Positions 37,547 through 49,749 are shown, counted from the first letter of the whole stretch. The stretch is 63,988 nucleotides of DNA, filler included, from Folioceros fuciformis (GCA_049999805.1; 9 parts of 9 records of this genome joined end to end with filler, not necessarily neighbours in it), one strand, 5' to 3'. Numbers and translations are program-made. The notes: a model not told the origin generated them from the sequence alone.

Positions 37547-39965
37547 ATGGTATAAGCGGATAATGAAGTATTTGCGCCAACTTGGCTTCCTGCAGGCTCC
37601 AATAGACACCAATGTCTTTTACTTTGCTATTGATTCGCTGTTTGTCATCCTTGCCCTGTATGTCGATGACTGTGTGCTTCTAAGCAATAGCCCTGATCAA
37701 CTTCAGAAGGTGAAGGCTATGCTTCGTCAGGAGTTTGAGATGACTGACCAGGGTGATTTACAGTTTTGCTTGGGTATCCAGATCTTGCGCAATCGCTCCC
37801 ATGGTCAAATCATTTTGCATCAAACAAAGTATATTAAGGAGATTCCGAAATAGTTTCATTTGGATGAGGCCCGACCAGTTGCCACTCCCTCTACAGTGGG
37901 GGAGAAACTTAACTCTTCTATGTCTCCTCAGAGTGATCGTGAACTTGAGGACATGCAACTTGTTCCCTATGCAGAGGCAGTTGGCTACATGATCTTTTTG
38001 GCAAACTGGACATGACCTGATATTAGTTACTCTGTCTCGATTGTCTCTCAGTTTTTGAAGTCTCATGGATGACAGCACTGGGCAGCAGTTAAGAGGATTT
38101 ACCGATATCTTAAAGGCACCATTTCTTATGGTTTGCAATATACCAGCAGTGGGAGTAATAGGTGTGAACTTACCTCCTTCGCTAATGTTGACTAGGCCTC
38201 TGATGCGAACACCTGGAAGAGTTTGTCTACATATTGTTTTCTCTTGGCTTCTGGTACTGTCAGTTGGAGCTACAAGAAGCAGACTTCCTTGGCACTTTTG
38301 TCCACTGAAGCTGAATATAAAGCTCTCACTGATGCTTGTAAAGAAGCTAAGTGGGGAAGACAGTTTCTAGAGTCAATGAATCAAGCTCAGACAAGTCCAA
38401 CACTGCTACTATGTGACAATATGAGCGCAATTGCCCTTGTCTCCAACCCTAGGTTTCATGCCAGAACCAAGCATATAGAACTCTATCATCACTATGTAAG
38501 GGATGCAGCTGAACGAGGCATAGTCAAGGTTGAGTATATTAGCACATATTTAAATATTGCAGACATATTTACTAAAGGGCTCTCCAAAGCCAAACACTTT
38601 CAGCAAATGGCTACTTTAGGTCGCAGGGAGTTCAGCCATCCCTAGCCTGGCACACTGTCTATCTATTGTGCAGGATTGGTATTGGCGTTTTCTAGGGTTC
38701 TGTGCACACCACACAAGGAGGTCAGCACCTTGGTGGCTCATGCCACAACTTCTGTCAGGCCTTAGAGTTCATGTGATGTAGCCCTAGGCACAGGACCACC
38801 GTGCACAGGTTACAGCCAGTTGTCAGTGACATGCCTGTTTAGAGGATGAAGCTCAACAGAAGTTCTAGACGTATGCATTGCATTGCTAGGTAGTTGTTTA
38901 CTTATAGGGCGGAGCTTCTTGCCACACAAGGAGCACAACTTGCTCCTGTGAGCACAGACACCATAGTCTTTTAGTAGCATCACGTTTTGCCTTGTTTACC
39001 TCGATGTCGTCAAGAACGTTGTCAACAGTTGTAGTAGCTCTTCTCAGAGACTCCTCCACTAGCTCTGCCTGCTGCCTGGCCACCTCGGCCCTTTGGTGTC
39101 TAGTAGTTTCTCCATCTCTGCAAGCGTCCCGAATACTGTCTTCACTTGATCAGCTAGCAAGGGAGTGGTGGGAGGTCCTCCAGGAGCACAGGCTCTGCGA
39201 CGAGGGATACTCGCCACCTCGTCCTCCTCATCAGCTGAGTTGGGCATAGGAGACAAGTTTGTGATGCTTGGCTTAGAAGCTCTAAAGGATTCTTCCAAAT
39301 CCAGCTCTATCATTGGAAAACTGGCAGGGTAGCGAGGCAGGTCGACAGGCGCTGAGACGTTGGTCATAGGCCTGCGCAGGCGCCACAGCTGGAGTCACTC
39401 CTCTGGCTGTTGAGCGCCTATGCTTCTGTCCATCTTCAGAGATGGAGCCGCTCGCTCTCTTCTTGCTTGTGCGCTTGGGAGCCATGGTTGCTGAGGTGCT
39501 GTGTGTCGAGCTTGAGCGAGTTCTTATCTGTCATCTTGCTGTTGTAGCTCGCGAATAAGAAGAGGACGCCGTTTTTAAGAATGCTGTAAACGAGGACTTG
39601 ATGGCTGCACGTGGCTTAGTGGTGGGCTGTTAGAAGTATCGTTGGATAATGATATCCCTTTTAAACCTATGGTCGTATAAGCTATTTAGGTTTAGTGGGA
39701 GTGTTAGGGATGGAAACCCTAACATGACTTACTCTACAGTTAAGACTTGGGCTTGGGCTATTCTAAGACTTGGGCAAGCTAATTGTGCCAGACGACAACT
39801 AGCTCATTATCACATAAACCTTAATGATCCAACGGTGGGGTAGGCGGGGTGAGTCCACGGGAGGAATTCGCAGGAGATACCTGCATCTGTGAGGTGAGGC
39901 CCGGTGAGGATTATGCTCCTCCATGTTAGGGATGGAAACCCTAACATGACTTATACTACAGTTAA
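37547..39965 (+). mobile_element. Ty1/Copia 3' half: RT, RNase H (to 38645), antisense ORF, PPT and 3' LTR start
   Basis: LALYVDDCVLL, FEMTDQGDLQFCLGIQI, PYAEAVG, SWSYKKQ...STEAEY, CDNMSAI, HARTKHIE and NIADIFTKGL motifs. PPT AGTGGGAG then TG at 39702. Several stops. Confidence 0.93.
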
Positions 39966-40206
39966 GGAGTTAACTCAAACATTTTTGTATTTAAGGACAC
40001 ATGGTCCTTAACTAATTAATTGCTCTTTTTCTTTTTGTGAGCACGCTTCCGCATATATTAGCACTCCAATCATAATTGACAGGTTGGCGGAACCAGCCTG
40101 GGGCAATTAGACTAGCAGTTGGAGGTCTGGGGAGGAAGGTTCGGCGGCGGGATGATTTGGGCTACTAGGTGTTGTTCATTCACCTGTGGGTGTTGGCCCC
40201 CCCAGT

Positions 40207-41137
40207 TGTGAACCTCCAAAGTTTGGGGTAGTGGTTTGTTTTGGTTGAAAAAGGGTTAATACTGGTGTAGCTTGGTTTTCTTTTTCTATTTATTTTCCCT
40301 AATTTTCCTTTATTTTCTGGTCATTTTTCCTATTTTTCCTTGTGCTAATTAGGTTAATTGACTAGGAAACAGTTGGTTTGGTTATGAGAGTGGGTATAAA
40401 AGTTTAGGACTAGTACTAGGCCATAGGGTCGGGAAAGTTTGAATCTAGGTTTGGGGATTAGTTTAATATTAATTAAAGGTATATAGTATTAAATGATTAA
40501 ATAATATAGAATAAAGATTAATAATAAAATAATGGTTTGAACATAGGAACGAGAATCTTGGGTATGTCAGTGTCAGGGGGTCAGGGTCCGATGTGAGGCT
40601 GGCTGATTGTCTGGCTGGCCTAAACGGCCATGGAGGCCGTGCCCTAGCTAGGGCAGGGGTTGTGGCCACCCCCATCCCCTTCCCATTTCTCCCTTTCCTG
40701 CTTCCTCCTCCATTCCCTTCTTGTCCCGCTTCCTCTTCTTCCCCTTCCCTCTCCATCTCTTTGTCCCGCTTCTTTGGATTCACATTGCAGGTAGGAGGAG
40801 GGATCGCCAGTGATGGGACTGAGTGTGTGCAGAAGGGGAGGTTGAGGCGAGCTGGAGGATTTTGCTGATGCAGGGCTAGGCTTGCCTTCTTCTTCTTCCC
40901 GCTGATTTCTTGCCCTGTTCCTCTCATGCCCTATCCCGATTTCCTCCCGAATTCGCGGTCCCGCTGCTGGATCTGCCATTCCCGCTGCTATCCCGCTCGC
41001 TGCTGCTGTCTTGATTCCCGTTGTCCCACTTCCTCATCCTTGCTGCCATCTCCTCGCCGGCGCTGCCATCCCCGCCGCTGTCTTAATCCTCATTGCTTGT
41101 GGCTGGGCGATTTGCTGTCTCCTCCCCTCGTCGCAGC
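40207..41137 (+). mobile_element. Family B LTR-like element, opposite orientation to the copies at 1-113 and 37274
   Basis: Begins TGTGAACCTCCAAAGTTTGGGGTAG. Its internal part matches 7309-7665. Runs into the gap. Confidence 0.8.
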
Positions 41138-41237
41138 NNNNNNNNNNNNNNNNNNNNNNNNNNNNNNNNNNNNNNNNNNNNTTAATTAATTAANNNNNNN
41201 NNNNNNNNNNNNNNNNNNNNNNNNNNNNNNNNNNNNN

Positions 41238-41960
41238 GACTCGTGGTGAACATTTCGTATTATTGATGGAGAGACTAAACTTGTGCTACGAAGATGATGC
41301 GATCCCTAGCCCTGGATTCTTCGTTCCCTTCACCTTGGATGACACAGAAGGTAAAGATCTTCAAGGGAATGACAGTTGGTCTGGAAGGGTGGTACAGCGC
41401 TCAGGTAAGTACAAGTACTTAGGGAGGCGGCTACAATGCCGAGAGACTGGAAGGGTGGTACAGTGCAAGAGTACAACTACTTAGAGAGGTGCCTACAATG
41501 CCGAGATAAACGAACACGTTTGTCGTCCAGGCTTCCTTCCAAGATTCCAGGTACGTTACCTTGTGAGGTTTGTGAAACGTCGTTAGTGATATCTGCTCTC
41601 TTTGGCTTTCATGGCATGGTCAATGGTTGTGCGTTGCAGGTCAAGTTACGACAGATCTTGTTTAGGGTATGTAGTGTCATCAGTATAGCATTGCGCGCAA
41701 CTTGATCAAATTTAACTAGTATGTTATGGACGTATTTTTGGAGAGCAGTGGGATATTGGGGAGGAGACCGGGGACATTGGGGATCGTGTTGACATTTTGA
41801 TGAGGTCACTCAAGAACAAAGACAAAGCGATCGAATTTCTCCAGCAGAGTTTGGTCGCGGAACTGAGAGCATTTGGTGCTTCTCTTGATGGTAGTCCTGG
41901 AGTTGAACTAGTAGCAGGGATCATCAGGATTGAGTGTGTGGAGAACCTCAGGGAAGGAAC
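41238..41960 (+). pseudogene. TORNADO1-like (Roco family, COR region) gene remnant
   Basis: LLMERLNLCYEDD...FFVPFTLDD...YLGRRLQCRD...PGFLPRFQ, then GT-AG intron 41551-41639, then VKLRQ...DRVDILMRS...PGVELVAGIIRIECVENL. This is colinear with my recollection of TRN1 (LELCYE...LLVPSIL...YSGRHLQCDD...GFFPRLQVHL...YIDVLAC...GVILLEHIIRPQCVQDL). Frameshifts and an internal duplication are present. Confidence 0.7.
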
Positions 41961-42786
41961 CATCGTATCCAAAGTCAGTCACAGGGACCGCCTCTACTGA
42001 AGTCAGGGAAGAAACCGTCATATCCAAACGAAAGGTTAAAAGCAGGTCACAGGCGAGGTCTAGCAACGATAGTTAGTATAGAAAAAGGCGGAGATGGAGG
42101 ACAGCTAGACAGAGGGCGACTCGACGTTCTTCTCCGTGGTCTGCCCTTGAAGTTTGAGATGGTCTTTGTGGTGGACGATCTTATGGAAGCGAAATCAACG
42201 TTGGAGCACGTTGTCAGGCATCCTGACTTCGATGAGGACGATAGCTTTCTGCTTTACTTAAATGCCCATGATGAGACCGAAGAAGATGGTAGAAAGTATG
42301 TTTGCTTAGGTTTTGTCTGCGGAGAAGCTTTATGTTGAAGAAGTTATTTTGAAGCCCATTGCTGAATCCGGGAATTTGGCAAACAAGCCTAAGGTGGTTG
42401 TCATAAATATTTGTCGAGGTGCTGGCAGTCTTGCCAAAAGTGTGAAAGCACAACGTTTAGGCACCACCACCACTAGCGGCAAAGCCATGGGCTCATACAT
42501 TGAGGTGCTGGCAGTCTTGCCAAAAGTGTGAAAGCACAACGTTTAGGCACCACCACCCTTGCCACTAGCGGCAAAGCCATGGGCTCATACATTGAGGAAA
42601 GCTAGGGTCCCAGCAAGAGAATTCGACCCTGTATTATGCGAGCAACTTTCTCACCGTGTACTCTACTAGTCATGGAGCAACTTTCTCACCGTGTACTCTA
42701 CTAGTCCTGGAGACGGATCTTTAAGAGATGTTAAGAAAGGCCCAAACTTCATCATAGCTTTTGTTTTTGTATGTTTGCTTAGGTGA
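41961..42786 (+). pseudogene. Caspase-like (peptidase C14, p20+p10-type) domain remnant
   Basis: Motifs in caspase order: RRGLATIVS, DSFLLYLNAH (His codon 42267), LANKPKVVVINICRG (Cys codon 42412), NFLTVYSTSPGDGSLRDVKKGPNFIIAF. Frameshift near 42320 and two tandem duplications. Confidence 0.72.
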
Positions 42787-43631
42787 AGCAGACAACGCCG
42801 AGAAGCTACGGCAGGGTGTGGGAAGCCGCTACGGGTGGGGCTGTGGCTGAGGCCACCACGTGATATCATTGTCACTTAGTTAACAAAAAGAGATATGAGT
42901 GATGGTCATGAAGATCACCCCTCATGAATTTTCGGGTTTAGGGTTCAATAAAATGAACTCCTATAGACATATTGTAAAGTGGATTATTCTATTACATGAG
43001 TTTATCTTGGAACTACTAATAAAGCAAGCAAGCAACTTGAGAAGGTGCTCTGCTAATTATTAATGGACAATAGGTGGCTTAGAGTCTAGCATTATGTCAA
43101 GAGAATTAATTCAAAGTATGCGAGTTATATGCATATAACTTGAGATTGGCAAGGTCTTCAAAGTATGCGAGTTATATGCATATAACTTATGAATTGGCAA
43201 GGTCTGAGGCTGTTGGGAAGCCAACATTTATTTCTTGACTCCTTGTTAGCTTTGTGAAATGGATGTGTTACTACATACATATTCTTAAATTTACAAATCG
43301 AGACTTATTATGTTTTAGAAGGCTATAAATGTATGCTTAGACCATTAGTTTTAATGTATTGAGTGCAAGACTTCCTTATTCTTTAACATATGCAAGCATT
43401 CATTGAGACTATATACATTGTCCATGGATCATAGCTAATGTGATTTCTGTGCCTTAAGCTTGCCATCTCCTTTCGTCATAGGCTTTCCCAAGCCCTTAGC
43501 TCCAATTGAATTTGGTGTGCCTTGCAAAACTTAGACTTGTATGCCTATTGTCAAGTTTAATATTTAGTTGTGGCAAGAAAATTTTATTATTTAGCTATCA
43601 CAACCAAGTCAAGTATCTAGGTCTCATAGTC

Positions 43632-44340
43632 ATGGCTTTGGATAGGAAGGTGAAGTTGAGGGTTGGCGATGATCATATTTTTGAGATTAATGAAGCTGTG
43701 GCACAAGAGAGTGAGATTTTGAAGAATCTAATCCAAGATGTGGGCCTAGAAAGCATTGTTCCACTTCCTAACATCCGCAAGAAAATGTTGGAGAAGGTGC
43801 TCGATTGTTGCAAGTTTCATGCAGAGGTAGTGTAAAAGTCTGAGGACAATTTGATGATTGTCCAACATGATATCAAACGATGGGATCAGGAATTCGTGAG
43901 GGTTGATTGTGCTACGTTGTTTTAGCTCATTTATGTGAGTGACCATCTAGCCTTTCTGCTTCATGAAAGCTTACGCAAAATAGTTGTCATGAAGCCATCG
44001 TGAACAATAGCAATTAGTGCTTTCGCCTTGTTAGATTTGTCATTTTGATGGTTGTGTACTATGTGGTGCAATTGATTGTTGCTCACATATTTTGGTTGGA
44101 TTGTTTTGTTGCAACATTTAGTTGATTTGTTTTGCTTCATAAAGTTTAAGGGCTTACCATGGCCTCCTTGTTTTAAGAAAACCAACAAAAGCATAAATTT
44201 GTTTAGCATAAATAACCTATGTTTGCGTTGTGGAGGAGGTGGCTGATTATATCAACATCAGCAAGCTATTCGACTTAATTTGTTACTCTATTGCAGATAT
44301 GATAGAACATATGAGTCGTCAGCAAATAAGAGAGAGTCAA
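43632..44340 (+). pseudogene. SKP1: SKP1/ASK-like pseudogene
   Basis: KVKLRVGDDHIFEINEAVAQES...VPLPNI...LEKVLDCCKFH...IKRWDQEFVRVD, an intron at about 43935-44238, then ADYINISKLFDLIC..IADMIE. In-frame TAA at 43833 and TAG at about 43923; the C-terminus is truncated. Confidence 0.85.
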
Positions 44341-45754
44341 TCAGTGGTTTGTAACACTTTTTGTCTCCATGTTACAGTATTCTGAGCTACCATTAAGTTT
44401 AAGTATTACATAACCAGTACATGAAGCTCATAACCAAAGAGTTTGTTATGGGCCTACCCTTTGAGATGAGGTTCAACCTTCAGTTTAGCCAAGCATGCCA
44501 CCAACTAATCACAATCGCATGCTTGCACTAACGTCAATTACAAAGAAAAATGTGGGCTTAACCCAAAGTTTACATCTAGCATGGGCAACATACACTGGCA
44601 TTGACATGGGTGAAGCCTGTATAGGCAACCTTGTTCTATACATGCAACTTGTAGTGTGCCCACAACCCAACACACCTAGGTATAGTATGCCAGTAGACTA
44701 AAAGAAATAGAAGTTCTATTTCTTTCAATCTACTTACTACTGTAACTCTAAAGTCGAGTTCCTCTCGTAACTCAAGTGTACACTACCCCAACCATCTTGC
44801 TACCACCAATTGTGCATGTGGCTTCCACTATTTGGGCCATACATGGAATGTTGATGGTCCCACACTCACCTTCAGCTTGCAACGATGGCCGTAATTGGCT
44901 TCGAGGCATAGGGGGGCTCCCTACCTCCTACTCCATTTCCTCATCCCCTCCACCCATCTCCTTGGCATACCCCCTTCTACCCATCTCCTTGGCATACCCC
45001 CTTCTATTCATGGGCATAATAGGAGGAAGTGGGGATTTTCATTGTTCTCGAAAACTTTATGACTCGTTGCCGGCCTTGCAAACATTATGCCCTCATGCCT
45101 CTCATTAGGCATTGGGCCTTTGTCTCCTATGTTCTGCTCAATGTCCTCCTCCCTATCAAACTCTTTAGCAGAGCAATCGGTTACTTAGCGGGATTGAAAG
45201 GCCAACTAGTACTCCTCATCTTTGTTTTCGTTGGTCGCCTTCATGACGTCAAGTGAAAAAGGTAGAAACAAAGTCCCCTCGTCTCTTTATGCCCCAATAC
45301 TCCTACATTTCGGAGAGGGGTCTCAGACACCCAAACTCACACTCTTCATCTATAGGTTCAAGTCCATTTTTCTTCGAACTTTGTGACCCATCCTGCGCTA
45401 GCATATTGGCCCCCTGTGTTGGGCCCTTCTCATATAGTTTTAAGAAATTGCACTTGCATTGTAAATTGGGCTTTTGATGGCAAAACATTTCCATGTTGGC
45501 ATAGATCCACTCGCAACCACCTAACCAACTCGTTGCAAACTTTGTCGTTTGCCAACATTGGCTTGTACAAGACTGCTATGTCCTTTTGTTGCATTCTCTA
45601 TTCTCATGCACAAGCCTTAGCTACATCAATGTAGCGGTTATTTCACAACCTTGCAGACTAGTTGAATTTGCTGCTAATGAAAGCTTTTACAGTAAAATAT
45701 GAGAACTACATTGGCACATCGGTGCAAATTTGTTTCCTTCATTCTAGATGGAAA

Positions 45755-46150
45755 TTCGCTCAAGCTCACAAGCAGGCTCACTCACTTACATGTTCACTTG
45801 CACTTGCATAGGCCCAAAGGTAAGCTCACTCACTCATAGGCTTGCTCACTCACTCATAGGGCCACTCACTCACATGCTCACAAGCAGGATTACTCCATAA
45901 CTAGCTCACTCGCTCATAGGCTCACAAAAAGGCTCATTCACTCATAGGCTCAAAGCCAAGCTCACTCACTCACAAGCTCATAGACTGGCTCACTTGCTCA
46001 CAAGCCCAATCCCTTACAAGGTCACAACCAAGCTCACTTGCTCACAAACAAGCTCACAAACTCATTCGCTCATAGGTGGGTCACTCGCTCATAATCTTGT
46101 AGATAGGTGGGTCACTCGCTCATAATCTTGTAGATAGGTTGAGTCACTTG
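45755..46150. repeat. Array of degenerate GCTCACTCACTCATAGG-like motifs
   Basis: Many GCTCAC/GCTCAT cores, ending in an exact tandem duplication of ATAGGTGGGTCACTCGCTCATAATCTTGTAG. Confidence 0.75.
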
Positions 46151-47625
46151 GATGCCTAAAGAGTGTTTGACACACTTGGACAGTATGATCTAGTTTGTTG
46201 AACAACTCTCACAGTATGGTTTTCCCAAGATGGATAAAAATTCCGTTCGTTTAGATCCCTACATTATTGTTCAAGTAAATGACATGGCGGTTTTTGATTT
46301 TATGGCATTTGTCTACATCCTACAAGTGTGTGCAAGTGTGGGCTAAGTGTTGGAGAAGGGGAAGCAATATTAAACCACATGGATATAATACATGAAGAAG
46401 GGGAAGCAATGGTGGTCTTTTGCATGTAATATACCTTTCAATGAGTAAGAAAATTGTACATGAATTATAGGAAATGGACATTCATGAAATTGAGTCAAAA
46501 GTTAGTTTGCACAATCAATAACAAAGACATAGTGAGTGGAAAACTGTAGGGATAGGGACGGCAAGTTAGTAAGGGTTGATACGTGTTATAAGTAGAAGTA
46601 GAGGGAACGAAGTCAGTTCTTTCCATGTTTCTCCATTGTGAAGAAGATGCAGTGAGCTGTCCTTGAGCGCCTTTACAACAACTTTCATATGCTAGATGTC
46701 ATAATTTGACTTCTTTTTTAATTTTTTCTCTCTAAAATCACTTTTAGAAACAGGGTCTATAATTTGAGTGTTCCAGAAAATAGAAGTATGCATCATTTGC
46801 AACTCTATTGGCAAAAACAAGTAAGGGCGGCCCATACCCAGAGCGAGCGCTTTGGGAACACCTTCATGCTCTTGTTTTCATTTCCATGAATGTTGAGAAT
46901 TTGAATACTATTCTAGTAGATATCACTTTGTGAAAAAAAATGTTTACTCTCACACTTACCTTTCTGCAATACAATGCTCCGCTCAAGCTTTCTTCCTTGT
47001 CTCATGATAGCCTACTTGCTTACAATCTCGTTGAATAAATTTAAGCTTTTATTTGTCTTCGTTTGGAGCAAGGAGGGCCTAATGACTCCTTCATTATGTG
47101 GAGCACGCCAAAACCACTTACCCTGTGGCAAGGCTAGGGACACCACACTGGTCTTGTGTTGTGATCATCAAAATCCCATCTAATCCAACTTGCTTTCAAG
47201 ACCGGGACGCGATGACGAAAGATGGAGAGCGCTCCATATGACGACAAAAGTAGCACAGGGGCCGAGAGAACGGTGTGCTTGTAGGCGACGCCGGCGACGG
47301 CGTCGCTTCTCGGTATCCTCTCGATGTCCACCCTTGCCCGATGTTTCGACACGCGATGCGCCATCGGGTCGTCCCACCCACGCACATCTATAAAATATAT
47401 GTATAAGGGAATACCTTCTCCAGCCCAGCAGTTCTCTGAACTATCCCGTCTGGGCACCATATAGATCACGCACTCGAACCTCACATGCTTACCTCGTCCC
47501 TCGAAGGCATGTCTGACAAAAACCTCAGCATACAGTGTCCGTGAAGGTTGCACTGGAGCTCGTGCTGAAAGTGTACAGAAGCTGCTAACGTGAAAGATGA
47601 GGACGCGTGCTCTTGGGAGGGAGCC

Positions 47626-48712
47626 ATGGCCGTCCTTAGGTTAATTGGAACGGGAGGGAGATCTCCTGCTGGTCTCATTCCTCGGCGTGCCTGTAAGTCG
47701 TATTGGAATTTGTCGGACGATCGTGGACCTAGCAGGCTTGCAGGATGCGAGAGGGCCGCTGCCACGCCGGAAACGGTCAGGAAGCTATGTCATCAGGGCC
47801 GTCTTAGCGAGGCTGTCGAGGAGCTGGAAGCCCTGGTGCACACGGACTGTTGCGTTTCCAAGTCTGTTTTTTACACTGTGCTGAGGAAATGTGTATTGAA
47901 GGGGGATCTTGCTCTGGGTCGTCGGGTTCATGCTTCCACGGTGAAAAAGGGGTACCAGTCGGACACCTTCCTGTGCAACCATATCCTGCGGATGTACGCT
48001 TCTCATGGCATGTTGCAGGATGCGATGGATGTGTTCTCCATGGCTGCCAAGCCAGATGCCTTCCTGTGGTCCTCCATCATTTCTGCTTATTCTAAACATG
48101 GGCAAAATAAGCAGGCCATTGAGCTGTATCGTCAGATGCGAAGGTCAAGGGCGAAGCCGGATGGTCATGTGTTCGTGGCAGCCCTGCAGGCTTGTGCAAG
48201 AGGATCAGACTTGAAATCTGGGCAGCTGGTGCATGCTGATGTGCTGGCCAGTGGACTTAAGCCGAATTTGGTGCTTTCTAGCTGCTTGGTGGACATGTAT
48301 GCCAAGTGTGGAAGCCTGGAGGATGCTCAGCATGTCTTTGATGGGCTTGTTCAGAAGAATGTGGTGACTTGGAATGCTATAATATCAGGGTATTCTCAGA
48401 AAGGTCGAGGGCAGGATGCTCTCCGTCTCTATAGTGCCATGCAAGAAGATGGTGTGGCTGTACCCGATTCAGTGACATTTCTGTGCCTCCTGCAGGCATG
48501 TGCAAGTGTAGGGACCTCTGCATTGGAGATGGGGAGGCATTTTCACGTGCAAACGACAGAACGAGGATATCATGCTGATACGTCCGTGGCCAACAGTTTG
48601 GTGAGCATGTATGCAAAATGTGGTAGCCTAGAGGGTGCTCAGAGAGTGTTTGATGGACTTCGTCGGAAAGATGTGGTTACCTGGACAGCTCTGATTGCAG
48701 GATATGCCCAGC
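47626..48712 (+). CDS. PLS-class pentatricopeptide repeat protein, 5' part (runs into gap)
   Basis: Repeated LVDMYAKCGSLEDAQHVFD..KNVVTWNAIISGYSQ and PDSVTFLCLLQAC motifs, with a transit-peptide-like N-terminus. Intronless. Confidence 0.95.
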
Positions 48713-49749
48713 NNNNNNNNNNNNNNNNNNNNNNNNNNNNNNNNNNNNNNNNNNNNTTAATTAATTAANNNNNNNNNNNNNNNNNNNNNNNNNNNNNNNN
48801 NNNNNNNNNNNNCTACTATGCTATCTCATCTACTATTGTATCATACAACACTACCTACCCTTTGTGCGGTGGTGATTCTTGCTACTCTATCATTAGGACT
48901 ATGATGTTGTCTCTCATATCTTTGTGGCTTGGTAACATACTGCAGACATTGGTGAAGGGTTGCCAAAGAAGGTTTCAAGTTACTCCTCATTCCATGTGTC
49001 ATCGTATGAGTGCCGCGACACTACTTTTGTCAAATTTTCTAGGGGTGCATGATCAGCTTTCTTTCCCCTTCCCTTCGTCCTTGCATTTGACTGAGTTCTT
49101 GGAGGTCCATCGGTGCACTCTTTCCTTCCACCATTTGCATTACGTGCACTCTCTGTTTCACTAACGTTCCACGGGAAAGTTGTCGTCAACTTCATGGCCC
49201 GTCATGGCCCGTTATTCTCTGCTCGATGAAGATGGTATGCCTCTTGTCCCAATCAATCGCAATACAATTTCGACCCTCCATTATTGCCGAAAGAACACCA
49301 AGAACCACCCTAAACCCTAAACCATCAACCCTAGCGGCTTTTGGTACGGATTTACAACTCTGCCCTTATTCGACACGTTCAGCACTTTTTTTTATGATAG
49401 TACTATGCTTAATGATCCAATGCATTTCTCCAATCTCCTTTGCTGCACTATTGCTTAGTGCATTGCTCTTCCGAATATTTTATTTCAATGGATGAACCCC
49501 AAATTCAACTATAACATAACGTACTTGCAATTTTCGTATAGCCCCACATCCGGGACAACGTTGTCTTTTTCCCAAACCATAGGTTGTACGCCTGCCTTTG
49601 CACACTACTTCCACAACCTGTCTCTAATATCCTGCATCTGATCTAGACTGTGCCTGCACACGACCCTCAAATTTTGACACGCGGTGACTTTGAAAAACCC
49701 CTCCATTACCTTCTCTAGGTCACCTAATGTAAACTACTACCTAGGGTTG

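Noticed and set aside
37547-37560. TGGTATAAG after an LTR end, resembling a tRNA-Met primer-binding site
   Set aside because: It reads in frame as WYKRIMKYL of the Copia RT into which the LTR inserted, and it does not match TGGTATCAGAGC.
43833-43925. Rescue of SKP1 or TE stop codons by U-to-C RNA editing
   Set aside because: Such editing is established for organellar transcripts only. These are nuclear sequences with other lesions as well.
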